From NCBI GenBank assembly GCA_047602425.1, contig JASGHG010000001.1, positions 1,472,001 to 1,536,000 of the forward strand: 64,000 bases of DNA. Direction: 5' to 3'. The position numbers and the translations under genes are program-made. The first letter of the stretch is position 1. Every line of letters starts with the position of its first letter. This DNA comes from Nibricoccus sp. Its GTDB lineage: Bacteria; Verrucomicrobiota; Verrucomicrobiia; Opitutales; Opitutaceae. Positions 50,988 through 60,330 of this stretch are shown one piece after another. The notes under the pieces were generated by a model. It ran no database searches. It was not told where the DNA came from and saw only the letters and a list, made by a program, of their open reading frames with translations.

Positions 50988-52271
50988 TTAAGCCACGGTC
51001 TTCAAAACGTGGCAAACATTGCTGCCACCAAAGCCGCTGCTGTTGTTCAAAACAACATGCGGTCGCACCGCCTCCGTGGCGCGCGGCAGGTTCAGTCCCG
51101 CGCAAGACTCGTCGGGTGTGACCAGGTGCGGATTGCCCGGAATATAACCTTCCTTCATCGCCAATGCGCAAAAGGCCGCCTCCATTGCGCCCGCCAGCGA
51201 AAGCGGATGACCGGTGAGGGCCTTCGTGCTGCTGATGCGGGGCGTCGCGCCTGCGCCGTCAAAAAGCGTCTTCAACGCGATGGCTTCCGCCCGGTCGCCG
51301 ACCGGCGTGGAAGTGCCGTGGGCGTTGACATAGTCGATATCGGCTGGTTTTACCCCGGCGTCGGCCAGGGCGCGGCTCATTGCGCGATGCAAACCCGCAC
51401 CGGCAGGATGGGACATCGCCACGCTGTGTCCGTCGGCCGCCTGTCCCCAACCTGCGACTTCCGCATAAACGGGGGCGCCGCGCGCGGCAGCGAGCGAGGC
51501 TTCTTCGAGAATCATCACAACCGAACCACCTGCACCGACAAAACCGTCCCGCGCCACATCGAAGGGCCTGGAAGCCTTGCCCGGATCGCTTTGCGCCGAA
51601 AGGGCGCGCATCGCGGCGAAGGGCAGCAGTGTCTCCGCGTTGAGCTCCTCTGCGCCCACTACGATGATGCGCTTGAGACGGCCGAGGCGAATCTCGTCAC
51701 AGCCATAACCAATCGCATGGCTGGCGGAGGCGCAGGCCGAGACAAAACCGCAAACGGCGCCGGTGATATGGAAGTGCGCCGCGAGATTGAAGTTCAAGGT
51801 GCCCGCGATCGAACTGACCACGCCCATCGGGTTCCCACGTTCGCCCTTCACGGCATGCATTTGCGCCAGATTGTTATACATCAACATGGCCGAACCGGCA
51901 GATGCGCAAAAAATTCCCGTCTGGTCGTCGTTGGCGATATCCTCTGGTTTAAGACCGGCGTCGGCCAGTGCCTGGGTCAGCGCGCAAAAAGCGTAAACAC
52001 CGTGCGGAGCCATCCCACGCAACGTTTCGCGCGGCAGATCGTAGCGCGCCGGCCAGGTCCAGTCCCGGGGATTCGGACTGTCGACGTTGAAGTCCTTGAC
52101 CGTTCCCGCGACTTTTACCGGGATCGCGGGGTTTCCCAAAAACTCCACGTTCGCGAGGCCGTGGCGCCCCGCGCGCAAGCTGGCATCGACCGACGCGCGG
52201 TCGTTTCCGATCGGCGTGATGAAACCCAGGCCGGTGATGAGGACGCGGCGGCCGCCGGAAATGGAAGACAT
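50988..52271 (-). CDS. Beta-ketoacyl-ACP synthase (FabB/FabF-like)
   Basis: SACASASHAIG, SRPFD..RDGFV, YVNAHGTST, STKALTGH, NSSGFGG.N. Confidence 0.93.
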   Translation of the reverse strand: MSSISGGRRVLITGLGFITPIGNDRASVDASLRAGRHGLANVEFLGNPAIPVKVAGTVKDFNVDSPNPRDWTWPARYDLPRETLRGMAPHGVYAFCALTQALADAGLKPEDIANDDQTGIFCASAGSAMLMYNNLAQMHAVKGERGNPMGVVSSIAGTLNFNLAAHFHITGAVCGFVSACASASHAIGYGCDEIRLGRLKRIIVVGAEELNAETLLPFAAMRALSAQSDPGKASRPFDVARDGFVGAGGSVVMILEEASLAAARGAPVYAEVAGWGQAADGHSVAMSHPAGAGLHRAMSRALADAGVKPADIDYVNAHGTSTPVGDRAEAIALKTLFDGAGATPRISSTKALTGHPLSLAGAMEAAFCALAMKEGYIPGNPHLVTPDESCAGLNLPRATEAVRPHVVLNNSSGFGGSNVCHVLKTVA

Positions 52272-52636
52272 CAGGCGGAAGGTTTATTCTCGGTCAGCTT
52301 CTTGGTGACGAAACCGCGCAGCTCGCCGATGGTGCGCACCGACATGAGTTCGGTGTTCTCGATCCGGACTTTGAACAGATCCTCGAAGAAAAAAACCGTT
52401 TCAGCCACCGCCAGAGAATCGTAACCGAGATCCTCCATCAACTTCATCTCGTCCTTGATTTCGATATTGGTGGCCCCGAGGTTGCGCTTCGGCATGAAAT
52501 CACGCACGGCCGCCAGCACCACAATTCGCAGAGCTTCCGGGTCGCCGGTGGTGCGAAAACGCTCATAAGCATCGCGAGCCTCAGCGGGGTATCGGGCCAA
52601 TTGGGAGGGGGAAGCAGGGAGATTTTCGAAGGACAT
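52271..52636 (-). CDS. Acyl carrier protein with an N-terminal extension (121 aa)
   Basis: EDLGYDSLAVAE...FEDLF and VRTIGEL. Confidence 0.88.
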   Translation of the reverse strand: MSFENLPASPSQLARYPAEARDAYERFRTTGDPEALRIVVLAAVRDFMPKRNLGATNIEIKDEMKLMEDLGYDSLAVAETVFFFEDLFKVRIENTELMSVRTIGELRGFVTKKLTENKPSA

Positions 52637-52769
52637 CTGCCATGAGCAAAGGGAACCTGCGTCCGGGCTCAAGCCTTCGCTATGCTCATTTTTTGCTGAA
52701 AGTGTTAAAAGTTGGTCCGTCGCGATTTTTCTCGCACCGCGCCCTGCGGCCCAAAAACCTCTGCCCTCC

Positions 52770-54089
52770 ATGTCGGAGACGCTCCACGACTTCTGGCTGG
52801 CCAACGTCCGGCAAGCTCCCCACGCCCTCGCCTTGATTGAGGGTGAAAGCGGCCGCATGTGGACGCGCGCCGAACTTCAGCAAGCCGCCAACGCCTGGTT
52901 GCAAACACTGCCCGACCAACCCGCCCTCGCCCGCCGTCGCGTGGCACTCGCCGAGCCGAATGGCCCCAGCTGGCTGACCGCATTCATCGGACTCCTCCAA
53001 GCGGGCGCCGTGATCGTGCCGCTCGATCCAGCCGAACCAGCCGAAGCGCGAAATGCCACCGCCAATGCCGCAGGCGCTAGTTGGATCTGGGAAATGGGTC
53101 AGCTCCGTCCGCTTAAACGCTACGCTCCGGGACGTCGGAAAGACCTCTGCCTGGTCAAACTGACCAGCGGCAGCACCGGCACGCCGCGTGCCTTGGTCTT
53201 TACTCATGCGCAAATGGCCGCGGATGGACGCCAAGTTTGTTCGTCGATGGGCATTCGCCCCGACGATTTGAACCTCGGGATCATCCCCTTTGGCCATTCG
53301 TATGGCTTGGGCAACCTCATCGTGCCGCTCCTCGTTCTAGGCACGCCAGTCGTGACTGCCGCCAGCCCCTTGCCCGCCGCTCTTGCTGCGGATTGCGCCA
53401 GATGGAAACCCACGGTTTTTCCCGCGGTGCCCATGCTGCTCCGGGCGCTCACGCTCACCGGAGTCGAACCTTCTGCCATCGCCAGCCTGCGACTCATCAT
53501 CTCCGCCGGGGCGCCATTGCCCCCCGATGTCGCAACGGCGTTTGCCCGGCATTTCGGCAAACGCATTCATTCTTTCTATGGCTCCAGCGAGACCGGCGGC
53601 ATCACATTTGATCGAACTGGCGAAGCCGCGCTCGATGGTCGCAGCGTGGGCACTCCAATGGATGGCGTGCGCCTGCAATTCCGCCGCGGCGGACGCTTCC
53701 AAGTCGTCAGCAAAGCCGTCATGGGAAAAGGCCACCACTCGCCACCGGATCGCGCAGAATTGAATGACAAAGGCGAACTGGTTCTCCTCGGCCGAACCGG
53801 CCGAACCGCCAAAATCGCCGGCCGCCGGGTCGATCTTGGCGAAATCGAAAAACTCCTTCGCACCGTGCCCGGCGTGACCGATGCCTTTGCCATGCCCCAC
53901 CCGTCGCGGCCCGATGCCCTCGCCGCCGCCATTGCGGGCACAACTGAAGCCTCCGTCGTCCGCCAATCGCTCCGCCTTCGCGTTGCCCTTTGGAAAATTC
54001 CCGATCGCTTAGTCGTGTTACCCGAACTGCCGCGCACCAGTCGTGGAAAAGTGGATCGGAAAAAATTGGCACAGCTGCTCGCGGGTTGA
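52770..54089 (+). CDS. AMP-dependent acyl/aryl ligase (adenylate-forming)
   Basis: LTSGSTGTPR, FGHSYG, FYGSSETGG, LGR...AKIAGRRV, LPRTSRGK. Confidence 0.92.
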   Translation: MSETLHDFWLANVRQAPHALALIEGESGRMWTRAELQQAANAWLQTLPDQPALARRRVALAEPNGPSWLTAFIGLLQAGAVIVPLDPAEPAEARNATANAAGASWIWEMGQLRPLKRYAPGRRKDLCLVKLTSGSTGTPRALVFTHAQMAADGRQVCSSMGIRPDDLNLGIIPFGHSYGLGNLIVPLLVLGTPVVTAASPLPAALAADCARWKPTVFPAVPMLLRALTLTGVEPSAIASLRLIISAGAPLPPDVATAFARHFGKRIHSFYGSSETGGITFDRTGEAALDGRSVGTPMDGVRLQFRRGGRFQVVSKAVMGKGHHSPPDRAELNDKGELVLLGRTGRTAKIAGRRVDLGEIEKLLRTVPGVTDAFAMPHPSRPDALAAAIAGTTEASVVRQSLRLRVALWKIPDRLVVLPELPRTSRGKVDRKKLAQLLAG

Positions 54090-54123
54090 TGGCCGTACCC
54101 GGGACTCGCCGAATTACAGACCT

Positions 54124-55020
54124 TTAACCAGTCCGCACGCCCATCAACGTCGCTTCGATTTCCAAGGTGAGCTCCGCGCGGCAAATATCCGAACGCAAAT
54201 AGCTCACCCGGTCCGTGGGCAACAATAACGTTTGCTCGAGCGCCGTTTTGATCTGCGCGAGTTCGTTGGCCCTGCGAATGTAGACTTTGAAATGCCGCTC
54301 GCCACCCCGTTTCGCACCGAGATTGTCGTCCAGGCCACAAGCCTTCGAAATCAGCCTCAAATTACGCACCGTGCGCTCGATCTGACCGGCGGTATCATCC
54401 GGCGCGACGGTCTCGTGGCCTTCGATTGCGGCCGTGCCCGAGATAAACACGTCCGCCGAACCATTCGCCATCGGCACAAGCGAAGCCCGGGAAAAACTCG
54501 GCGGACGGGGGCCATGTTTTTTCGGGTATTTGTAGGCGGAGACTTGTTCTGGATTTTCGAAATGCCGGGGCTCGGTGTCACAAGCTGCAAAAACGACGGT
54601 TAATTCGTCATCTTCCGTGCCCACCGCCGACGCCGACGGCAAACGACGCTCAAAACCGGCGCCAAATGTTTTCTCGAACGCCAACGAGCGTCCGTGACAA
54701 AACGCGCGGTAGTTTTCCAGTCCTGCGGAATCCGGTTCATTAATGCGTGGCACGTAATGCCAGACGCGGCAGAGATGCAGTTTTTCGAGCGCCAAAAACA
54801 AATTTGCATAAAGCCGGTCGGTGGCCTGCTCCAGTCCATCGGCGATGGAAACCGCAATCCGACCGACTCGCCAGGGCCCAGCCTGTTGGAGCTCGAAATT
54901 GCCCACCGTTCCAGCGGGTTTGGCTTCACGAAAGAGCGTCTCCTCTTTTTCGCCAGCGAGCACGGGCAAACCGACTGCGCGGCGCGGTTTGATGGTAAGA
55001 GCTGGTTCGAGGATATACAT
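54124..55020 (-). CDS. FkbO/Hyg5/XanB2 family chorismatase
   Basis: RVWHYVPRIN, ENYRAFC.GR, PSASAVG, ENPEQVSAY.YP..HGPRPPSFSRA, FISGTAAI.GHET, DICRAEL.LEIE. Confidence 0.88.
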   Translation of the reverse strand: MYILEPALTIKPRRAVGLPVLAGEKEETLFREAKPAGTVGNFELQQAGPWRVGRIAVSIADGLEQATDRLYANLFLALEKLHLCRVWHYVPRINEPDSAGLENYRAFCHGRSLAFEKTFGAGFERRLPSASAVGTEDDELTVVFAACDTEPRHFENPEQVSAYKYPKKHGPRPPSFSRASLVPMANGSADVFISGTAAIEGHETVAPDDTAGQIERTVRNLRLISKACGLDDNLGAKRGGERHFKVYIRRANELAQIKTALEQTLLLPTDRVSYLRSDICRAELTLEIEATLMGVRTG

Positions 55021-55112
55021 GGACCGCATTTTCTCTGCGGAAGTGTTGCCAGAGCTTCAAGCTTCGTTCGCTCGCCGCAAGCGCTTTTCTGCGCCGCGGA
55101 AGGGAGGCTTCG

Positions 55113-55751
55113 TTAAGGCTTGATCCGCCAGAGAATAAAGTCTGCCACCGCCCGCTTGGGAGCCGGGCCGAAATCGTGCCTGGCACCGGCCTTCGCGAAC
55201 ATCGTCACCGCGTTGTCCTCCGCGTCCATTCCCAGCCCGGGCTGGCTCACGTCGTTGGCTACGATCCAATCGAGTTTTTTTTCTGTGAGTTTTCGCTGTG
55301 CGTAGATTTCAACGTCACGCGTCTCCGCCGCAAAACCGACGACCGTCTGTTGCGGTGTCTTGGTTGCCGCAAGCGTTTTCAAAATATCGATCGTTGGCTC
55401 CAAATCCAACGTGAGCCCGCCGGTGGTCTTTTTCGTTTTCTCGGCCGAGCGAAAACGTGGCTTGTAATCCGAGACTGCCGCCACCGCGATGAACACATCG
55501 CAACCGCCAAAAAGCGGGAGGCACGCCTCGTACATTTCCTGCGCCGTGACCACGCGGGTGAGACGCACGCCCGTGGGCGCGGCCAGCGAGACCGGTCCGC
55601 TAACCAAATCGACCAACCAACCCCTTGCTACGCCAGCCGCAGCCAGAGCGTAGCCCATTTTGCCACTCGAACCATTGCTAATGAACCGCACAGGATCCAA
55701 AAACTCGCGTGTCGGGCCGGCGGTGATGAGGCAGCGGATTGGTTGGGGCAT
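55113..55751 (-). CDS. coaB: Stand-alone phosphopantothenate--cysteine ligase
   Basis: [44 protein letters not shown]. Confidence 0.93.
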   Translation of the reverse strand: MPQPIRCLITAGPTREFLDPVRFISNGSSGKMGYALAAAGVARGWLVDLVSGPVSLAAPTGVRLTRVVTAQEMYEACLPLFGGCDVFIAVAAVSDYKPRFRSAEKTKKTTGGLTLDLEPTIDILKTLAATKTPQQTVVGFAAETRDVEIYAQRKLTEKKLDWIVANDVSQPGLGMDAEDNAVTMFAKAGARHDFGPAPKRAVADFILWRIKP

Positions 55752-55834
55752 ATATCGGTCATGACAACTTCCCTTCCTTTTGTCCACCTATCGATAAATC
55801 GTCCGCACTACACTTTGGATGTACCATTATGTTA

Positions 55835-55934
55835 TGTCATCCATTAAATGACAATGGATTGAAGCTCAGAGCGTCTGCCACCGCGACTGGGATTGACCAT
55901 TTCCAAACACGTTTGTCATCTAATAAATGACAAA
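55835..55934. repeat. Pair of TGTCAT-N7-ATGACA palindromes (locus 2)
   Basis: TGTCATCCATTAAATGACA (55835-55853) and TTTGTCATCTAATAAATGACAAA (55912-55934). Confidence 0.8.
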
Positions 55935-56009
55935 GGTGTTATCACAGCACCTTTGATGAGATGAGCGCTGGCTACAAATCGGACCCAGCATCCTCAACTG
56001 CAAAATGGA

Positions 56010-57152
56010 CTAAGCAAGTTGGCGCAGGAGCCAGTCGGAGGCGCTTCCTTTGGCGGGCTGGTGCAGAACTTCGCGGAGTTTTTCCGCACGTGCGGCAGTT
56101 TCTTCGCGGCGCTTCGGATCGTGCAGACACGCGCTCAATTCTTTCGCCAAAATCTCGGGCGTCGCGGCGCCTTGGATAAATTCCGGGTACATCGACTCCT
56201 TGAGCAACAGGTTCGCGATTCCGAGAAACTCTACCTTGATGATCAACCGGCCCAGCAAATATTCAATCGGCTGAGCGATGTACATGACCACGCCGGGAAT
56301 TCCCGCGAGCGCACAGCGCATCGACATCGTGCCTGAACTTGTCAGCACCGCTGACGCCGCCACCGGTTCACCCGCAGGACGAAGCTCAACATTCGAAGGT
56401 GGATTAGCGGCACTTAATATGGCGAGAATCTCCGGACTGGGATACAATGCCACAGCATCGCGTTCGCCGAGCTTTTCGTACGCCTTGAGCATAACCGGAA
56501 ACATCCGGCGAACAGCCGAACTACGGCTTCCAGGCAAGAGCAGGACCGGCCCGTCCGGGTCAAAACGCACCGGCGATACGACGTGCGGAGCCAGGAATGG
56601 ATGTCCGACGAATTCTACAGGAAGTTTCGTGTCGGCGTAGACCTCCGGTTCGAAGGGAAAAATCACAGCCAATCCGTCGAGGTATTGCGCCATCTTAAAA
56701 CGCCGTTTCGCACGCGATGCCCAAATCTGCGGACTGATATAATAAAGCGTTTTGATTCTGCCGCCGGCTTTCGCCGACAGCCCACGCTCAAACATCATTT
56801 TCGCAATGCGCAGGTTCAGACCCGACGAGTCGACGAAACAGATCGCCTTCGGCTGAAATTCTTCGATCCAGCGGAGGATTTCCCGAAACAACGCCTTGAA
56901 GTAAGAAATGTTTTTCAGCGTGTCGACAAAGCCGATGACCGATCTCGCCGTCATATCGCGCAGCAGTTGCGCGCCAGCCGCAGCGAGCCTCGGACCTCCG
57001 AGCGCTGCCACTCGCAAGTCCGGGCACTTTGCCAAGACGCCGCTTAACATCCGCGCCGCATGCTCGTCACCCGAGTGTTCGCCCGCGATGATCAGCAAGT
57101 CGACACGACCGCCAGTCGGAGGGGGAAGCGAAAGTGGAACGAGCGCGGGCAT
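56010..57152 (-). CDS. lpxB: Lipid-A-disaccharide synthase
   Basis: IAGEHSGDEH, YYISPQIWASR, IFPFE, FVGHP, LLPGSR, SGT, PEFIQ. Confidence 0.95.
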   Translation of the reverse strand: MPALVPLSLPPPTGGRVDLLIIAGEHSGDEHAARMLSGVLAKCPDLRVAALGGPRLAAAGAQLLRDMTARSVIGFVDTLKNISYFKALFREILRWIEEFQPKAICFVDSSGLNLRIAKMMFERGLSAKAGGRIKTLYYISPQIWASRAKRRFKMAQYLDGLAVIFPFEPEVYADTKLPVEFVGHPFLAPHVVSPVRFDPDGPVLLLPGSRSSAVRRMFPVMLKAYEKLGERDAVALYPSPEILAILSAANPPSNVELRPAGEPVAASAVLTSSGTMSMRCALAGIPGVVMYIAQPIEYLLGRLIIKVEFLGIANLLLKESMYPEFIQGAATPEILAKELSACLHDPKRREETAARAEKLREVLHQPAKGSASDWLLRQLA

Positions 57153-57174
57153 GAAAGTGGTCTCAGTTTTTTCC

Positions 57175-57317
57175 GCCACAGAGGGCACAGAGCTCGGACA
57201 CAGAGTTCACAGAGAATCCAAAGAAAGCACATATCGAGTGACAGAAGCGGCCGGCAAGATACACGCCCACGTTTTGGCCTCCCGCCGCCTCTGTGTCCGA
57301 GCTCTGTGTCCTCTGTG
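57175..57317 (+). repeat. ~145 bp CACAGAG-type inverted-repeat element (copy B)
   Basis: CACAGAGGGCACAGAGCTCGGACACAGAG ... CTCTGTGTCCGAGCTCTGTGTCCTCTGTG. Confidence 0.85.
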
Positions 57318-57328
57318 TTCCCATGCCT

Positions 57329-58327
57329 TTACCTTTTCGCCGTGATCGCGCGGATTTGCTCGGTGATCGTTATCGCCACTTCGAGCGCACTTTTGCCGAG
57401 TTCGGCGCCGACCTTGGGTGTCTGAGCCTTGGTGACACTTTCAACAAAATGTGCCAGCTCGATGGCAAGTGGTTCGCCTTTTTCTATCGGAATTTCTCCC
57501 ACCGGGATCGAGCTCACGTCGCCTGGTTTCGCGAGACCGACTTTCAATTTCAGGCCGTACGCGATCAGGTCGCTTTTCTTCACGAGATGACCCTTCTGGT
57601 TCATGAAATCCAGCGAGAGGTAGGCATTTTCCTGAAAGATGCGAATCTCGCGATTTTTCTTCAGGCTCATGCGACTCGCGCTGAGATTCGCGACGCAGCC
57701 ATTGGCAAACTGAATGCGGGCGTTGGCGATGTCCTCGGTTTTGGAAAGCACGTTCATCCCCACGCTGTCGATTTTTTCGATCGGCGATTTCACGAGCGCA
57801 AGCACGATGCCGATGTCGTGTATCATGAGATCGAGCACCACGCCCACCTCGGTGCCACGAGTTTGGTAGGGAGCGAGTCGTTCGGTTGTGATGTAGCCGG
57901 GTCGATCGATTTCCTTTTCGAGGAAACTCATAACCGGATTAAAATGCTCGATGTGCCCGACCTGCACGAGCCGCTGAGCGGCCTGAGCGGCGGCGAGCAC
58001 TTTTTCCGCTTCTTCGAGTGAAGCGCAGAGCGGTTTCTCGATTAGCAAATGGCAACCTTTCGCCAGCAGCGGCAATGCGACTTCGGCATGTTTATCCGTC
58101 GGAACGACGACGGAAACGGCGTCGCACGCCTCGCCCAGTTCTTCGATCGTGGCGAAGCGCTTGCAATTAAACTTCTCGCAAATCTCCTTCGCGCGAATGT
58201 CGCTCGTTTCGAAGATGCCGGCGAACTCGACGTTTTTCATCGAGGCGTAGATGCGGGCGTGGTGCTGGCCGAGAGAACCGACGCCGATCACGCCGCAAAC
58301 GATTTTTTCTTTTTTAAATTTAAACAT
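57329..58327 (-). CDS. Gfo/Idh/MocA oxidoreductase (GnnA-like)
   Basis: GVIGVGSLGQHHAR, VVVPTDKH, LIEKP, VGHIEHFNP, VVLDLMIHDI. Adjacent to lpxB. Confidence 0.88.
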   Translation of the reverse strand: MFKFKKEKIVCGVIGVGSLGQHHARIYASMKNVEFAGIFETSDIRAKEICEKFNCKRFATIEELGEACDAVSVVVPTDKHAEVALPLLAKGCHLLIEKPLCASLEEAEKVLAAAQAAQRLVQVGHIEHFNPVMSFLEKEIDRPGYITTERLAPYQTRGTEVGVVLDLMIHDIGIVLALVKSPIEKIDSVGMNVLSKTEDIANARIQFANGCVANLSASRMSLKKNREIRIFQENAYLSLDFMNQKGHLVKKSDLIAYGLKLKVGLAKPGDVSSIPVGEIPIEKGEPLAIELAHFVESVTKAQTPKVGAELGKSALEVAITITEQIRAITAKR

Positions 58328-58982
58328 GCTGGAGGACTCCTTCGTGGAGGAAAGTTTTGCGGCTGGTTTTGGCAGCATGCGCAACGTTGTGCGTGACGAG
58401 GACGAGCGCAGTTTTCGTTTCGGCGGAAAGACCAAGCAACAAATCAATCACGGCGTCGCCCGTTTTTTCGTCGAGATTGCCCGTCGGTTCGTCCGCGAGG
58501 ATGAGTTGTGGCGAATTCATGAGCGCCCGCGCCACAGCCACCCGTTGACGTTCACCGCCGGAAAGCTGAGATGGCAAATGATGCGAGCGCTCGCCCAGAC
58601 CGACTTTCGCGAGCAATTCGCGTGCTCTCGTCTTTTCGGACGAACCAACAGAACCCACCATGCGCCGGGCCATGAGCACGTTTTGCAACGCGTCGAGTTC
58701 CGGAATCAGATAAAACGACTGAAACACCATGCCGAGAAAAGTCGCGCGCTGGATCGTTTGCGTGACCTTGCGTTCGCTCCAGAGAATCTCGCCGCTATCC
58801 GGCGTATCGAGCGCGGCGAGCAGGTTGAGCAAAGTCGATTTTCCCGAACCCGATTCGCCACGGATGCTCACACTCTCACCAACCGCCACCGCCAAATCCA
58901 CGCCGCCCAGCACCTCGATGCGACGGTCGCCACTGAGGTAGGTTTTGCGCAAGGCGCTGGCTTGAAGGACAATGTCACTCAC
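58320..58982 (-). CDS. lolD: Lipoprotein-releasing ABC ATPase
   Basis: GESGSGKSTLL, LSGGERQRVAVARAL, ADEPTGNLD. Downstream of a LolC/E-type permease. Confidence 0.85.
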   Translation of the reverse strand: MSDIVLQASALRKTYLSGDRRIEVLGGVDLAVAVGESVSIRGESGSGKSTLLNLLAALDTPDSGEILWSERKVTQTIQRATFLGMVFQSFYLIPELDALQNVLMARRMVGSVGSSEKTRARELLAKVGLGERSHHLPSQLSGGERQRVAVARALMNSPQLILADEPTGNLDEKTGDAVIDLLLGLSAETKTALVLVTHNVAHAAKTSRKTFLHEGVLQHV

Positions 58983-60204
58983 TGCGAAGCGCCTCCACGG
59001 GTTTGAGTTTCGCCGCGCGCCAGGCGGGCAACAGTCCCGCCATCATCGAAATCAAGACCGAGCAGATCACGATCATCACGATATCAGATGTCGCGGTATG
59101 CGAGGGCAGCTGGCTGAATTGATAGAACCGTTGCAGCACTTCGTCGCGCTGCGTGATCCTAGTTACAAAAGCGACGAAATCGTTGCGACAAGCAATCGCA
59201 AGGAACCCCAGGCCAAGGCCGAGCGCCGTGCCTACAACGCCGATGATCAGGCCTTGAAAACAGAAGCACGCTGCGACCTGACGTGAATTGGCGCCCAGCG
59301 CCGCGAGCAAACCGATTTCACGGGTTTTGCGAACCACTGAGATGAGCAACGAACTCGTCACCGAAAAACCCGCGACAATCACGATGAAGATCAGGAGGAA
59401 AAAGATCATGTTTTTCTCCAACTGAAGCACCCAGAGGAAATCCGAAAAGCTGTCCATCCACGAAAACGCACGAATGCCGGAGGGCAGGGCGGCATTCAAG
59501 CGCGAGGCCATTTCATCTTCGTTCACGCCCGGTTTGATCCGAACGTTGATGCCGTGCACGCCGGCGCCGAGACCGTACAATTCCTGCGCGAGCCGCAACG
59601 TGCAATAAAGCATGCTGCTATCGAGTTGTTGATGGCCAATGGTTATAATTCCAACCACGCGCACTTCCCGTGGGAGAAAAGCTTCGTCACTCTTGAGCTT
59701 TTCGATCATCAGAGGCGAATACACCTCGATCTTACTGCCCACACTTGCACCAACGGAACTCGCGAGTTGCGAACTGAGAATCACCGAATCGTCGTCGAGA
59801 TCGTCGAGCGAACCGAGCTGCACATATTTGCCGAGTTCCACCACCTTCTCGACGTTGTTCAAGTCGAGCCCACGCATCGCGGGATACGAGGGTTTGTTGT
59901 GGTATTCGATCATGACCACGCCCGAAGCCGTGGGTGTCGCCGCGACGACGCCAGGCACAGTTTGCACCTTTTTCAGCACCTCCGCGTAGTCCATGATGAT
60001 GCCGCCGGATTTGATCTGAATCTCGCCTTCCGTATCCACAATCATGCGACGAATTTCGTGGCCGAAACCGCCCATCACGCTCATGACCACAACCAACAAA
60101 GCCACGCCAAGTCCGACGCCTGTGATCGAGATGAAGGTGAAAAACGGAAACCGTCGCCCGGTCGGGAAAAGCTGCTTGAGGGCAAGGTATAAGTACCAAG
60201 GCAT
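58975..60204 (-). CDS. Lipoprotein-releasing ABC permease LolC/E family
   Basis: SITGVGLGVALLVVVMSVMGGF, KTREIGLLAALGA, PAWRAAKLKPVEALRSE. Confidence 0.92.
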   Translation of the reverse strand: MPWYLYLALKQLFPTGRRFPFFTFISITGVGLGVALLVVVMSVMGGFGHEIRRMIVDTEGEIQIKSGGIIMDYAEVLKKVQTVPGVVAATPTASGVVMIEYHNKPSYPAMRGLDLNNVEKVVELGKYVQLGSLDDLDDDSVILSSQLASSVGASVGSKIEVYSPLMIEKLKSDEAFLPREVRVVGIITIGHQQLDSSMLYCTLRLAQELYGLGAGVHGINVRIKPGVNEDEMASRLNAALPSGIRAFSWMDSFSDFLWVLQLEKNMIFFLLIFIVIVAGFSVTSSLLISVVRKTREIGLLAALGANSRQVAACFCFQGLIIGVVGTALGLGLGFLAIACRNDFVAFVTRITQRDEVLQRFYQFSQLPSHTATSDIVMIVICSVLISMMAGLLPAWRAAKLKPVEALRSE

Positions 60205-60213
60205 CGGAAGAAG

Positions 60214-60325
60214 AAAGACTGAAAGGCTGAAGGGCTGAAAGGCTGAAATGGTTGCGGCTAGCCTAGCTATGACCACCAGCTGCCGGCTTCGTTCAGGCTT
60301 TCAGTCATTCGTTCTTTCAGTCTTT
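60214..60325. repeat. Intergenic inverted repeat built from CTGAAAGG-like 8-mers
   Basis: AAAGACTGAAAG (60214-60225) and CTTTCAGTCTTT (60314-60325), each with tandem 8-nt subunits. Confidence 0.7.
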
Positions 60326-60330
60326 GCCTT

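Noticed and set aside
51009..52424. 471-aa plus-strand ORF and similar long overlapping ORFs (8140-9627, 28489-29661, 26027-27106)
   Set aside because: They are GC-rich antisense shadows of well-supported genes.
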